Positions 47,000 to 57,219 of a stretch of DNA of 64,000 bases are shown here, in pieces (the first letter of the stretch is position 1; each line of letters opens with the position of its first letter). The translations under genes were made by a program, and so were the position numbers. Source of the stretch: a virus. The stretch lies in IMG/VR virus record IMGVR_UViG_3300043137_000338. One strand, written 5' to 3'. The notes below the pieces were generated by a model. The model was not told where the DNA came from, made no database searches, and was given only the letters and a program-made list of their open reading frames with translations.

Positions 47000-48790
47000 A
47001 TGGAAGAAGTAATTCATGGAATTAAGGTAGACTATTCAAGGGATAGTCTATTTGATGAACTAGGCAAGACTCGACTTAAAGAATCTTACATGAAGGATGA
47101 TGAGGTTTCACCTCAAGAAAGGTTTGCTTATGTATCATCAAAATTCGGGAGCAATCCAGAGCACGCGCAGAGGCTATATGAATACTCCAGTCTTCATTGG
47201 CTCTCTTATTCTACTCCCATTCTTTCTTTTGGTCGTAGTAAGCGTGGTCTGCCTATTTCATGTTTTCTTAACTTCATTGAAGATACTGCAGAAGGTCTAG
47301 TTAACAATCTATCTGAAACTAACTGGCTATCGATGTTGGGGGGTGGTGTTGGTATTGGCTTCGGCATTCGCTCAGCTGATGATAAGTCTACTGGAGTTAT
47401 GCCTCACTTGAAGATGTATGATGCTTCCTCGTTGGCGTATCGTCAGGGGCGCACTCGTCGTGGTTCTTATGCTGCATACTTGGACATTTCTCATCCTGAT
47501 ATTATTCAGTTCTTGGATATGCGCAAGCCTACTGGCGACCAGAATATGCGCACGCTGAATCTGCATCATGGCATTAATATTCCTGACGCATTCATGCAGT
47601 TGATTGAGAATGCCATGTTGAATCCAGATGCTGATGATTCTTGGGACTTAATTGATCCAGCTTCTCATGAAGTTCGTGAGACAGTTTCTGCCAAGGAACT
47701 TTGGATGAAGATTCTTGAGATGCGTATGCAAACTGGAGAACCTTATCTGCACTTCATTGATGAGTCTAATCGTAAACTTCCTCAGTGGCTAAAGAATAAA
47801 GGTTTAAAGGTTCACCAGTCTAATCTGTGTTCAGAAATCATTCTTCCCACCGATAAAGATCGTACAGCTGTATGTTGTTTGTCGTCAGTGAATTTAGAAT
47901 ACTACGATGACTGGAAGAATCATCCTACCTTTCTCCGCGATATTGCTGAAATGCTTGATAATGTGTTGCAGTATTTCATTGATAACGCTCCTGATAGCAT
48001 TTCGCGTGCAAGGTATTCTGCCAGTCGCGAGCGCAGCATTGGTGTTGGTGCTTTAGGTTGGCACGCATATCTACAGAAGAACAACCTTCCATGGGAATCT
48101 GCAATCGCAGCTGGTAAAAATAAACAAATCTTTTCAAGTATCAGAAAGAAATTAGATGAAGCCAATAAAGCACTTGGAACTGAGAGAGGTGAGGCGCCTG
48201 ATGCTGAAGGCACTGGCAATCGTTTCAGCCATCTCATGGCAATTGCTCCCAATGCTAGTTCTTCCATTCTTATGGGCAATACCTCTCCTTCTATTGAACC
48301 TTATCGGGCTAACGCTTATCGGCAAGACACTTTGTCAGGCTCTTCATTAAATAAGAATAAGTTCCTCGATCAGCTACTCCGTAGCAAAGGTATTTCTGAC
48401 GATGAGCTTGCATCCATTTGGTCCAACATTATTGCCAGCGATGGTTCTGTTCAACAATTGGAAATTCTAACTGAATGGGAACGTGACGTATTCAAGACTT
48501 CCATGGAAATTGATCAGCGTTGGGTTATTCAACACGCTGCAGATCGTCAAGACTATATTGATCAAGCTCAGTCTCTAAACGTATTCTTCCGCCCTGACAG
48601 TAACATTAAATATATCCATGCTGTTCACTTTCAAGCATGGAAGCAAGGTTTGAAGACTATGTACTACTGCCGTAGTGATAAGATCGCCAAGGCAGATAAG
48701 GTCGCTAAGCGTATTGAACGTGAAGTTATTAAAGAAATCGACCTACAAGCACTTGCCGGCGGTGATGAATGTTTAGCCTGTCAAGGCTAA
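47000..48790 (+). CDS. nrdA: ribonucleotide reductase alpha subunit NrdA (no ATP cone)
   Basis: Catalytic motifs ..NLCSEI.. and ..PNASSSILMGNTSPSIEP.., C-terminal CLAC thiol pair; ATG 47000 with GGAGAAAC. Confidence 0.85.
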   Translation: MEEVIHGIKVDYSRDSLFDELGKTRLKESYMKDDEVSPQERFAYVSSKFGSNPEHAQRLYEYSSLHWLSYSTPILSFGRSKRGLPISCFLNFIEDTAEGLVNNLSETNWLSMLGGGVGIGFGIRSADDKSTGVMPHLKMYDASSLAYRQGRTRRGSYAAYLDISHPDIIQFLDMRKPTGDQNMRTLNLHHGINIPDAFMQLIENAMLNPDADDSWDLIDPASHEVRETVSAKELWMKILEMRMQTGEPYLHFIDESNRKLPQWLKNKGLKVHQSNLCSEIILPTDKDRTAVCCLSSVNLEYYDDWKNHPTFLRDIAEMLDNVLQYFIDNAPDSISRARYSASRERSIGVGALGWHAYLQKNNLPWESAIAAGKNKQIFSSIRKKLDEANKALGTERGEAPDAEGTGNRFSHLMAIAPNASSSILMGNTSPSIEPYRANAYRQDTLSGSSLNKNKFLDQLLRSKGISDDELASIWSNIIASDGSVQQLEILTEWERDVFKTSMEIDQRWVIQHAADRQDYIDQAQSLNVFFRPDSNIKYIHAVHFQAWKQGLKTMYYCRSDKIAKADKVAKRIEREVIKEIDLQALAGGDECLACQG

Positions 48791-48913
48791 TATGTGAGGG
48801 ATCAAAGGACATGGGGTTGTTTCCGTCGATACTAGCCCATGGCGTGCATTTGAACACGTTGAACGATTAGAACATATTTGCAAGATAGTGCTAGTATCAA
48901 ATAAAGGATAAAA

Positions 48914-49261
48914 ATGAAATTCTTATTTTTTAGAGCCTCGTGGTGTGGTCCATGCAATCGATCAGCACCAGCTGTTTATGAATTATTTGATGAAAATGCT
49001 GGTGTTCGAGAAAACTTTACACTTGAAATAATTGATATAGATGAACAACCAGAATTTGCTTCAAGAATGGGCATTCGTGGTCTTCCTAGTTTTGTTATCT
49101 TAGATGACAATGGAAAAGAGAGATCTCGTCGTGTTGGTGCTATGACTAAGTATAAATTAGCTGAATGGTTAGAGACCGACTTCAATTCAACTTTAACACT
49201 GGCATTAAAAGCTCCATTAGCAATGATACAATCATTAATGTCAGATAAATGTAAATTATAA
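48914..49261 (+). CDS. thioredoxin/glutaredoxin-like protein (NrdC-like)
   Basis: WCGPC active site. Confidence 0.7.
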   Translation: MKFLFFRASWCGPCNRSAPAVYELFDENAGVRENFTLEIIDIDEQPEFASRMGIRGLPSFVILDDNGKERSRRVGAMTKYKLAEWLETDFNSTLTLALKAPLAMIQSLMSDKCKL

Positions 49262-49304
49262 TTTTAAGGAAACCTATGTTAACAAATGAAAAGGAAATGG
49301 TATT

Positions 49305-49604
49305 ATGAGCGTAGATAACGAAATGCTTGGAAGTATTTGCACTTTTGCTGGAACTTATGCACCGACTGGGTATCAAGACTGCGATGGTAGATTAATGTCG
49401 ATCGCCAGTAACAATGCATTGTATGCTATTATTGGAACCATATATGGTGGCGATGGCAAGACAACATTCGCTTTGCCAGATCTAAGACCAATGGGTAAAG
49501 ATGGGCAACCAGATACTGGTCATAACCGTAGAGTTGATTGGGCTACTCTTGGTTTACCAAGACAAATTATTTGTGTAGCAGGCATCTGGCCAAGTCGTCC
49601 ATAA
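49305..49604 (+). CDS. phage tail-collar-domain protein
   Basis: ..TFALPDLRPMG.. tail collar signature. Confidence 0.5.
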   Translation: MSVDNEMLGSICTFAGTYAPTGYQDCDGRLMSIASNNALYAIIGTIYGGDGKTTFALPDLRPMGKDGQPDTGHNRRVDWATLGLPRQIICVAGIWPSRP

Positions 49605-49605
49605 T

Positions 49606-50592
49606 ATGATCGCAAAAATAAAAAGTAGATTAACAGACGAACGTACATCGTTCAAACCATTTAACTATCCATGGGCATATGATGCTTGGTTGAAGCACGA
49701 ACAATCCCACTGGCTTCATACAGAAGTTCCAATGGCTGAGGACGTTAAGCAGTGGAAGAAACAGTTGACTAAAGAGGAACAACAGTTCTTAACAAATATC
49801 TTCCGTTTCTTCACGCAAGGCGACATTGACGTTGCTGGCGGATACGTGACTAACTATCTTCCACATTTCCCTCAACCAGAAATCCGTATGATGCTTCTTG
49901 GGTTTGCTGCTCGTGAAGCATTGCATATCGCTGCTTACTCGCACTTGATTGAGACTCTTGGACTTCCTGAGTCAACTTATAATCAGTTTCTTGAGTATCA
50001 AGAGATGAGAGACAAGCACGATTATGTCACTGAGCTCAGTTCAAAAAACGGAACTCTTGAGTCTACTGCAACACATATTGCAGTATTCTCAGCGTTCACC
50101 GAAGGTATGCAACTGTTTAGTAGCTTTATTATGCTTTTGAACTTCCCTCGTCATGGATTGATGAAGGGTATGGGACAGATCGTTACTTGGTCCATTGTTG
50201 ATGAAACTCAACATGCTGAGAACATGATTCGTCTTTTCAAAGAATTCATCAAGGAAAATCCTGAGATCTGGAACGATAGTCTAAAGAGCAAAATCTATAC
50301 TATCGCTGAGAAGATGGTTGAGCTTGAAGATAAGTTCATTGACCTTTCATTCGCTGGATCAGACATGCGAGATTTAACTACAGAAGAAGTGAAGAAGTAC
50401 ATTCGTTACATTGCTGATCGTCGTCTTATTTCTCTTGGTATGAAGGGTATCTTCAAGGTTAAAAAGAATCCACTGCCATGGGTTGAGGAAATGATCAATG
50501 CACCTGTGCATGGAAATTTCTTTGAAAACAGAGTTACAGACTATGCAAAGGGTGCTCTGTCTGGTTCTTGGGATGATGTATGGGCTAAATAA
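49606..50592 (+). CDS. nrdB: ribonucleotide reductase beta subunit NrdB
   Basis: Di-iron ligands ..FAAREALH.. and ..DETQHAEN.., tyrosyl radical region. Confidence 0.85.
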   Translation: MIAKIKSRLTDERTSFKPFNYPWAYDAWLKHEQSHWLHTEVPMAEDVKQWKKQLTKEEQQFLTNIFRFFTQGDIDVAGGYVTNYLPHFPQPEIRMMLLGFAAREALHIAAYSHLIETLGLPESTYNQFLEYQEMRDKHDYVTELSSKNGTLESTATHIAVFSAFTEGMQLFSSFIMLLNFPRHGLMKGMGQIVTWSIVDETQHAENMIRLFKEFIKENPEIWNDSLKSKIYTIAEKMVELEDKFIDLSFAGSDMRDLTTEEVKKYIRYIADRRLISLGMKGIFKVKKNPLPWVEEMINAPVHGNFFENRVTDYAKGALSGSWDDVWAK

Positions 50593-50615
50593 GAAGATTT
50601 CAATAAAGGAACCAT

Positions 50616-50765
50616 ATGGTAACAAGACACTTCGAATGCGAGCAGTGCCAAGCTCGCGGTAAAATTACACTAAAGGGCGAGGATCTACAACAATCAGATG
50701 TTGTATATTGTCCAGTATGTTCAGCCGATATCTATGAGCCAGAGGAGCTTGACGAGGAAGAATAA
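50616..50765 (+). CDS. small zinc-ribbon protein (49 aa)
   Basis: CEQC..(19)..CPVC; not in the ORF track (<60 aa). Confidence 0.4.
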   Translation: MVTRHFECEQCQARGKITLKGEDLQQSDVVYCPVCSADIYEPEELDEEE

Positions 50766-50775
50766 ATAGTTCACT

Positions 50776-51201
50776 ATGTGGACTTATAATACTGAAACAA
50801 TTGAAACTCTTCCTGAAGACTGCGTCGGATTCGTATATATGATTACGAATCTGACGAATAGTCGCATGTATATAGGTAAAAAACTTTCCAAATTTTCAAA
50901 GACTACATATAAAACTGTAACTCTTAAGAATGGAACCAAGAAGAAAAAGAAGATCAAATCTAAGATAGATTCTGATTGGATGGAGTATTATGGGTCAAGT
51001 ATTGAACTAAATAAAGATGTAGAATCTTTTGGGAAGGAAAACTTCACCCGAGAGATTCTATTTTTCTGCAAATCAAAAGCGGAATGCTCATATGTCGAAG
51101 CCAGAGAGCAATTTTCCCGCAGAGTTCTTGAAAGTGATACATATTATAATGGGCAAATAAGTTGCAGAATTCATAAGTCTCATATAAAAGGAAAACTATA
51201 A
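50776..51201 (+). CDS. GIY-YIG homing endonuclease (short Seg-like)
   Basis: GFVYMITNLTNSRMYIGK GIY-YIG motif; preceded by AATAAATAG late-promoter-like sequence. Confidence 0.7.
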   Translation: MWTYNTETIETLPEDCVGFVYMITNLTNSRMYIGKKLSKFSKTTYKTVTLKNGTKKKKKIKSKIDSDWMEYYGSSIELNKDVESFGKENFTREILFFCKSKAECSYVEAREQFSRRVLESDTYYNGQISCRIHKSHIKGKL

Positions 51202-51980
51202 TGCTATCATTTTCACAATATCTTAAAGAAGAAAATGTTTCAGAAGGTGAACGCGGTCTCTGGGATAACATCCATGCCAAACGTAAACGAATCAAAGCTG
51301 GATCTGGTGAGCGTATGCGTAAACCTGGAAGCAAAGGTGCGCCAACTTCTGCAGCGATTAAAGCATCTCAAGAATCTTTTGAATACACATTCAACATGCT
51401 GGAAGAAGCTGCAAAAGCAATCGACCAAGGCGAGTATGACTACGAAGGTCAAATGGCTAGAACGCAGCTGCAAACTATCTGTCGCAATTCGAAAGATTTA
51501 ATTGACATGTTGTCTGATGATGACAATATGCCTGAGTGGGTTCAATCTAAAATCACGCTAGCGCAAGATTATATTAGTTCAGTCAGAGACTATTTAAAAT
51601 CTAGAGAAGAACTAGATGAGCAGTTCGATATTATTGAAGAATTTGTTGAAGAACTATCAATTAAATATGATATCCACTCTGACGAAATTTGGGAAGATTT
51701 TGACGACGAAGAACTTTATGAAGCTGCAGTAGATGCTAAAGGTTATAAGAGTTCTACTGGTGGCTTGACTCAAAAGGGTCGCGATCATTATAACAACCAA
51801 AGTGGTGGGAATTTAAAGGCACCTGTCACAACTCCACCATCAAAACTAAAAGCTGGAAGCAAAGCAGCCAATCGTCGCAAGTCTTTCTGTGCCAGAATGT
51901 CTGGTGTTGAAGGTCCGATGAAGAAGCCTAACGGAGAACCATCTCGAAAGGCACTTGCATTACGTAAATGGAATTGTTAA
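51201..51980 (+). CDS. hypothetical basic protein
   Basis: ORF only. Confidence 0.3.
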   Translation: MLSFSQYLKEENVSEGERGLWDNIHAKRKRIKAGSGERMRKPGSKGAPTSAAIKASQESFEYTFNMLEEAAKAIDQGEYDYEGQMARTQLQTICRNSKDLIDMLSDDDNMPEWVQSKITLAQDYISSVRDYLKSREELDEQFDIIEEFVEELSIKYDIHSDEIWEDFDDEELYEAAVDAKGYKSSTGGLTQKGRDHYNNQSGGNLKAPVTTPPSKLKAGSKAANRRKSFCARMSGVEGPMKKPNGEPSRKALALRKWNC

Positions 51981-52967
51981 ATGGTTTACTTGCTATTCGC
52001 AACAGCATTTGGATTGTCAGGTGTTGCTGCCTATTATTCGATAATGGGTCTTGTAGCTATTTTCGCAGCTGCACCGATTCCAATTTTAGTCATGGGCTCT
52101 CTATTAGAGGCATCTAAGTTAGTTGTAGCATCTTGGTTATATCGCTCTTGGAAAGAAATTCCAATTTTAATGAAGGCATACTTCACTACTGCCCTTGTAA
52201 TTTTGATGATGTTGACATCAATGGGAATTTTTGGATATCTCTCCAAGGCACACTTAGACCAAGCAGTTCCTTCGGGTGAAGTAGCAGCAAAGCTAGCTCT
52301 CTTAGATGAGAAGATTAAAACTGAAAAAGATAATGTAGACGTAGCTCGAAAACAAATCAAGCAACTTGATCTACAGGTTGACCAAACTATTGGGCGAAGC
52401 GACGACTCCAAGGGTGTCGAACGATCTTTACAGATTAGAAAGTCTCAACAGAAGGAAAGAGCCACAATTCTGGCTGATATTGGAACAGCGCAGGCTAAAA
52501 TCACCAAATTAAATGAAGAACGAGCACCCATTGCATCTGAAGTTCGCAAGGTCGAGGCTGAGGTTGGTCCAATTAAATACATTGCTGCGCTTATTTACAG
52601 TGATTCAACTGACACAAACACGCTTGAATCTGCAGTTCGTATTGTTATCTTATTAATCGTATGTGTATTTGACCCACTGGCAGTTTTACTTCTAATTGCA
52701 GCAAACTGGCAGCTTAACAGGGAATCTCTTGTTAAAGATGTAATAAATCCACAAATAACAGATGCTGTAACGCAAGTCGCACCACCGGCACCAGATAATG
52801 CAGCCGAGGTTCCACCAGAACCTGAAGAACATATTATAAGCACAGTTTCCACAGAAACAATAAATTCTCCGCAAGAAAATAATTATACTGAGGAATATCC
52901 TCCTTGGGACGATCGTCCCAAGAAACCTATAACTTATGACTCGGTTGGTAGAAGAATCACGCCTTAA
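51981..52967 (+). CDS. membrane protein with coiled-coil
   Basis: Multiple TM helices. Confidence 0.35.
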   Translation: MVYLLFATAFGLSGVAAYYSIMGLVAIFAAAPIPILVMGSLLEASKLVVASWLYRSWKEIPILMKAYFTTALVILMMLTSMGIFGYLSKAHLDQAVPSGEVAAKLALLDEKIKTEKDNVDVARKQIKQLDLQVDQTIGRSDDSKGVERSLQIRKSQQKERATILADIGTAQAKITKLNEERAPIASEVRKVEAEVGPIKYIAALIYSDSTDTNTLESAVRIVILLIVCVFDPLAVLLLIAANWQLNRESLVKDVINPQITDAVTQVAPPAPDNAAEVPPEPEEHIISTVSTETINSPQENNYTEEYPPWDDRPKKPITYDSVGRRITP

Positions 52968-53021
52968 ATTGTAAAAAACCTAAATAATTGTAAATCCTAT
53001 AACAATTATAAGGGGATACAA

Positions 53022-53477
53022 GTGTCAACACAAGAACAAGATATTGATAAATTATCAAAAGAAGTAGACAAACTTAAAGAATCATATAGTGCTTCGAGTA
53101 GTAAAGGATCTTTAGTTGAAAAGATAACCTTTGCTGGTATACCAATCATGTTTTCATGCATAGTATATCTAATGTCTGCTCTTAGTAACACTAGTCATGA
53201 TCTTACGATTTTGCAGGGTAAAATCAATGTAGTCGTGAATTCAGAAAATAAAGCAATTCCACCACAAGGTACTACCATTGAGATGGAAAGAATCAGAGAA
53301 GAATCTGCATTGGCGAGAGCATCTATGACTTTAGAACGTACTAAAGATATGGCAGCTTTAAGGGAAGAAGCCGCTTTAGGTAGGGCAAAAGTTCGTGAAG
53401 ATTCAGCACTGGCACGTGCAGATTTAGATAGTCGCATCGATTTACTAGAATACAAAGTATTCGGTAAAGTTAGATAA
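53022..53477 (+). CDS. membrane protein
   Basis: TM helix; ..ALARA.. repeats. Confidence 0.3.
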   Translation: MSTQEQDIDKLSKEVDKLKESYSASSSKGSLVEKITFAGIPIMFSCIVYLMSALSNTSHDLTILQGKINVVVNSENKAIPPQGTTIEMERIREESALARASMTLERTKDMAALREEAALGRAKVREDSALARADLDSRIDLLEYKVFGKVR

Positions 53478-53500
53478 ACACACTCTAAGCTCACACTCAA

Positions 53501-53525
53501 GACCCTACTGTCAGTAGGGTCTTTT
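53501..53525 (+). terminator. hairpin GACCCTACTGTCAGTAGGGTC + TTTT (cassette copy 6)
   Basis: Inverted repeat plus T-run. Confidence 0.6.
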
Positions 53526-53534
53526 CACATTTAG

Positions 53535-53563
53535 TTGACTTTAAAGCGCAGTCGGTGTAAAAT
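53535..53563 (+). promoter_or_regulatory. early promoter TTGACTTTAAAGCG..N..TAAAAT
   Basis: -35 53535-53540, -10 TAAAAT 53558-53563. Confidence 0.55.
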
Positions 53564-53592
53564 AACGGTGTTGGGTTTGATTAGGAACACTT

Positions 53593-53757
53593 ATGAAAAC
53601 AGATAAATTTGATCTAAAGGTAAAGGTTGAGTATAATAAACCTCGTGACCTTGTTGCTAAGGACTTGCATACGCCTAAGTATCGTATGCGTGTAGTTGAT
53701 AGCAAAGTCTCATTTCAACGTAAATCTAAACACAAGAAGGATCTATATGAGTATTAA
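53593..53757 (+). CDS. small basic protein (54 aa)
   Basis: ATG 53593; overlaps the start of the next ORF (ATGA coupling). Confidence 0.35.
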   Translation: MKTDKFDLKVKVEYNKPRDLVAKDLHTPKYRMRVVDSKVSFQRKSKHKKDLYEY

Positions 53758-53992
53758 TTTTGAACGTACACATGTTGCTAATGATGTTGCAACTACACTA
53801 TCTCTGAAAGCTCTACCTTATGATACGGTTGAGTTTAAACTCTCACGTAAAGTATTGGATAGTGATGGTTGCATTATTCAAGAAACTGAAACTAAGATGT
53901 ATCCTTCTCCTGAGGCATTGAAAGAAATGATGCTGCCATTTATTAACCATTTGAAAGAATTTTACAATGAAGACCAATCTGGAACGATTTAA
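53748..53992 (+). CDS. hypothetical protein
   Basis: ATG 53748. Confidence 0.35.
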
Positions 53993-54254
53993 TGAACTAC
54001 AACCCTGGGCAATCGAAAATTTGCGTTCTCTTGCAGAAGGATGCACTGTCGTTTTTACCAAGCAAGACGGAACAGAACGAAAAATGCGATGCACACTCAA
54101 CCCAGCTAGCATCCCACAAGAAAGCCAGCCAAAAACCGATGGCGAAGAAGCTACCAGCACTCCTGGACCGACGATTCGGGTCTTTGACTTAGACAAGCAA
54201 CAGTGGCGCTCGTTCCGCTGGGAATCTGTCAAGCAGTTCACTCCATGCATGTAA
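53967..54254 (+). CDS. hypothetical protein
   Basis: ORF only. Confidence 0.3.
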   Translation: MKTNLERFNELQPWAIENLRSLAEGCTVVFTKQDGTERKMRCTLNPASIPQESQPKTDGEEATSTPGPTIRVFDLDKQQWRSFRWESVKQFTPCM

Positions 54255-54279
54255 AAGCCCTACGAAGTGAAGGGGCTTT
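54254..54279 (+). terminator. hairpin AAGCCCTACGAAGTGAAGGGGCTT (cassette copy 7)
   Basis: Imperfect inverted repeat of the same family. Confidence 0.5.
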
Positions 54280-54305
54280 ACTTTAATTCATCTTCAGAGT
54301 AAAAT
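54277..54305 (+). promoter_or_regulatory. early promoter TTTACTTTAATTCA..N..TAAAAT
   Basis: -35 54277-54282, -10 54300-54305. Confidence 0.55.
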
Positions 54306-54330
54306 AGTCTTTAACTTGATGAGGTCACCT

Positions 54331-55428
54331 ATGCAAAACACTGCTAAACGTCGCGAAAAAGCTCACCGTATCTTCGCTAAGAAGGATATCGAGCCCACGC
54401 TGGCTCTGGATTCTTATAACAAAGATCTGGTGTTGGCACTGAATTGGTACAATGCTAATTCTACCGATAAGGATCGCCGTAAGTGGGTGTTGCAGTATCT
54501 GGTCACGCACAACCTGAAGACTGCAGTTATTCCTCTGAATTCTGCCACGGACTTTGAACTGCGCTCGTTGGCATTTCTGTGTCGTCTTTCTATGCGTGAT
54601 CAAGTCCTTCGCGAAAACGAGGATAATCACATCACTCGGATCATCAAGGAGCTCTCTGTCAAGTACAAGAAAACCAAGGCAGTTGCCAAGGTAGTTGTTG
54701 CGGAAACTCCAAAGGTTTCTATTCAAGATCGTATGGCAGAGAGTGCTTCCAAGCATGCCGCGGAGATTGATGCAGCCATTGATGATTTTGTCAAGGAAAA
54801 GAAAGAATTCTCTGCCAAGCAATACCTGAAGTCTTACCATATTTCTTCTCCGGTGGCAAAGCGCATCGGCGAGAAGTATACGCGTCTGGTTGCTGAGTTG
54901 CAGGAAGCTGTCGCTGGTACTGACGCTCAGTTGGTTGAGGGTTACAAGCATCTCCCAAAGCGTGATTTGAAGAAGTTCCTGGCTTTCGTTGTGTCAATCG
55001 TTGAAGACTGCACGCAACAAGTCCAGTCTGCCAAGGCTGTTCGCGCTCCTCGTGTGCGTAAACCGCAGCCTGCTTCAAAGATCACTGCCAACGTTAAGTA
55101 CATGAAGGAATTCACTGAGTTGGGGTTGAAGTCGGTTAAGCCTGAGACTATGGTTGGAACTGATGAAGTTTGGGTGTACAACACCAAGTACCGTCGTGTC
55201 ACTGTCTACAAGGCAGAGTCGGGAACTTTGTCTGTTCGCGGTACGACTATCCTTGGATTTGATATCAAGGAATCCAAGGTGATGACCGTGCGTAAGCCTG
55301 AAGAATTCTTCAAGGGTTTGGTTATGGGTAAACGTGCGCTGGGTGCTGCTTTGAAGAAGTTGACTTCTAAGCCTGCTGTGCCCAATGGTCGTATTAATGA
55401 AGAAACTATTATTCTGGGAGCGTTTTGA
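54331..55428 (+). CDS. hypothetical protein upstream of rnh
   Basis: ATG 54331 with GAGG RBS. Confidence 0.4.
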   Translation: MQNTAKRREKAHRIFAKKDIEPTLALDSYNKDLVLALNWYNANSTDKDRRKWVLQYLVTHNLKTAVIPLNSATDFELRSLAFLCRLSMRDQVLRENEDNHITRIIKELSVKYKKTKAVAKVVVAETPKVSIQDRMAESASKHAAEIDAAIDDFVKEKKEFSAKQYLKSYHISSPVAKRIGEKYTRLVAELQEAVAGTDAQLVEGYKHLPKRDLKKFLAFVVSIVEDCTQQVQSAKAVRAPRVRKPQPASKITANVKYMKEFTELGLKSVKPETMVGTDEVWVYNTKYRRVTVYKAESGTLSVRGTTILGFDIKESKVMTVRKPEEFFKGLVMGKRALGAALKKLTSKPAVPNGRINEETIILGAF

Positions 55429-56318
55429 TGATTTTGGTTGATTATAGTCAGGTATCTCTGGCAGCTATTCTTACCTTTCAACGAGAATTGAAAGGTAATG
55501 AAGCTGAGGTTATTAATCTTATTCGTCACGTTACACTTTCTACCATCAAGTCCTTCAAGAAGAAGTATGGTAAAGAGTATGGTGAAGTTGTAATCTGTTG
55601 TGATGGTCGTAAGTACTGGCGCCGAGATTTCTTTGAATACTACAAAGCTGGACGTAAGAAGGCACGCGAGAATTCAGATCTGGATTGGACGCTGATCTTT
55701 GACACACTTTCTGATATGCGTGCTGATTTGATTGAGCACTTCCCTTATCGTGTTATTCACGTTGAACGTGCAGAAGCAGATGACATTATTGCTGTCATGG
55801 CTAAGTGGACACAAACCAATGCGTTGGTTCAGCAGGGTTTGATGGAAGATCCGCAGAAGGTTCTTATTCTTTCTTCAGATGGAGATTTCTTCCAACTGCA
55901 AAAATTTGATAACGTGAGCCAGTGGTCACCGATGCAGAAAAAGTACATCAAGGTTACTAAGAAAGAACTGCACGAGAAAATTATCACCCATATCGTTAAA
56001 GCTAGTGACGATGGTATTCCAAACATCCTAAGTAAAGATGATGTCTTTGTTAAAGGTGAGCGTCAGAAATCTGTTTCTCAGAAACGACTTGACGAATTCC
56101 TTGAGATTGGTTTCGCTGCATGTAAGAACGATGAAGAACGTCGTAATTGGCATCGGAATCAGACTCTGGTTGATTTTGAATTCATTCCCGAAGATCTTTC
56201 AAAAGAAATCACCACTGCATATCTAAATAACAAACCAAAGGGTGATCGCATGTCGGTCATGAACTATCTAATTAACAAAAAGTGTCGACTGCTTTTGAAC
56301 GATATTGAGGATTTCTGA
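55425..56318 (+). CDS. rnh: RNase H / 5'-3' exonuclease (FEN family)
   Basis: ..ICCDGRKYWRRDFFEYYKAGRKKARE.. and ..ERAEADDIIAV.. parallel T4 RNase H ..LCIDNAKSGYWRRDFAYYYKKNRGKAREE..KYEADDHIAV.. Confidence 0.85.
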   Translation: MMILVDYSQVSLAAILTFQRELKGNEAEVINLIRHVTLSTIKSFKKKYGKEYGEVVICCDGRKYWRRDFFEYYKAGRKKARENSDLDWTLIFDTLSDMRADLIEHFPYRVIHVERAEADDIIAVMAKWTQTNALVQQGLMEDPQKVLILSSDGDFFQLQKFDNVSQWSPMQKKYIKVTKKELHEKIITHIVKASDDGIPNILSKDDVFVKGERQKSVSQKRLDEFLEIGFAACKNDEERRNWHRNQTLVDFEFIPEDLSKEITTAYLNNKPKGDRMSVMNYLINKKCRLLLNDIEDF

Positions 56319-56797
56319 TGACAAAATATATTACTGAAATGCTAACCGAGATTAATAACAACCCAAAGATTGCTTCTAAGTATAAAGAGAATGCATCTTT
56401 GCAATTCGTTTTCGAGTTTGCATTTAATCCAGCTAGAAAGTTTCTCCTTCCGGAAGGTGATCCTCCATTTAAGAAAGACGCTGCTCCAATTGGTATGAGC
56501 CCAGCTAATTTACATATGGAAGTTAAGAAATTCTATATCTTTACTAGAAAAGATTTAACTCAAGTTCGCAGAGAATCTCTTTTTATTAATCTTCTAGAAA
56601 GCGTGCACCCTACCGAGGCAGCGTTGCTCATGGCAGTCAAAGACCAGGACCTTCCAAGGCTCTACCCGAACCTGACGCACAGAACCCTGTACGACGCTGG
56701 CTTCGTGCAATCGACGCCTCCAGCGACCCCTACAGCCCCTGCAAAGAAGGCTGCCAAGGTAAAAAACGAGGTGACACTGCCTGGAGCCCAAGTCTAG
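56318..56797 (+). CDS. hypothetical protein
   Basis: ORF only. Confidence 0.3.
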   Translation: MTKYITEMLTEINNNPKIASKYKENASLQFVFEFAFNPARKFLLPEGDPPFKKDAAPIGMSPANLHMEVKKFYIFTRKDLTQVRRESLFINLLESVHPTEAALLMAVKDQDLPRLYPNLTHRTLYDAGFVQSTPPATPTAPAKKAAKVKNEVTLPGAQV

Positions 56798-56838
56798 TGG
56801 GAAATAACCCTCCGGAGCGAGGGGTTATTTGGAAGGTG

Positions 56839-56868
56839 TTGACTTTAATTCGCTCCTGGAGTATAATA
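56839..56868 (+). promoter_or_regulatory. early promoter TTGACTTTAATTCG..N..TATAAT
   Basis: -35 56839-56844, -10 56863-56868; preceded by hairpin AAATAACCC..GGGGTTATTT 56802-56830. Confidence 0.6.
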
Positions 56869-56897
56869 GCTGTAAGAAAGTTAAAAAGGAACCCGAA

Positions 56898-57218
56898 GTG
56901 AAGAAAGTCTTTTTGATCGCCGCTGTTGCTGTCGCCTCTGTTGGTATTTTGGCATCGGCACCTGCTTGTGCTCAAAATCATAGGCACCAGCACCATAACG
57001 GAACTCGTGATATTATTATCGGTACCGTTATCGGTGGTGTTGTGACCGGAGTTATTATGAACTCGCAGCGCGGTCAAGTTATCGTACAACCGCAAGTTGT
57101 ATATCAGCCTGAGCCGATGCCTGTTTATCAACCTGCACCAAAACAGTACTGTGAAGTAAAATTCATTCAAGATCAATTTGGTCAGGTTCGCGAATTTACT
57201 GCTTGCTACTATCGCTAA
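56898..57218 (+). CDS. small secreted His-rich protein
   Basis: GTG 56898 after AAAGGA; signal peptide KKVFLIAAVAVASVGILASAPACAQ; HRHQHH. Confidence 0.45.
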   Translation: MKKVFLIAAVAVASVGILASAPACAQNHRHQHHNGTRDIIIGTVIGGVVTGVIMNSQRGQVIVQPQVVYQPEPMPVYQPAPKQYCEVKFIQDQFGQVREFTACYYR

Positions 57219-57219
57219 T

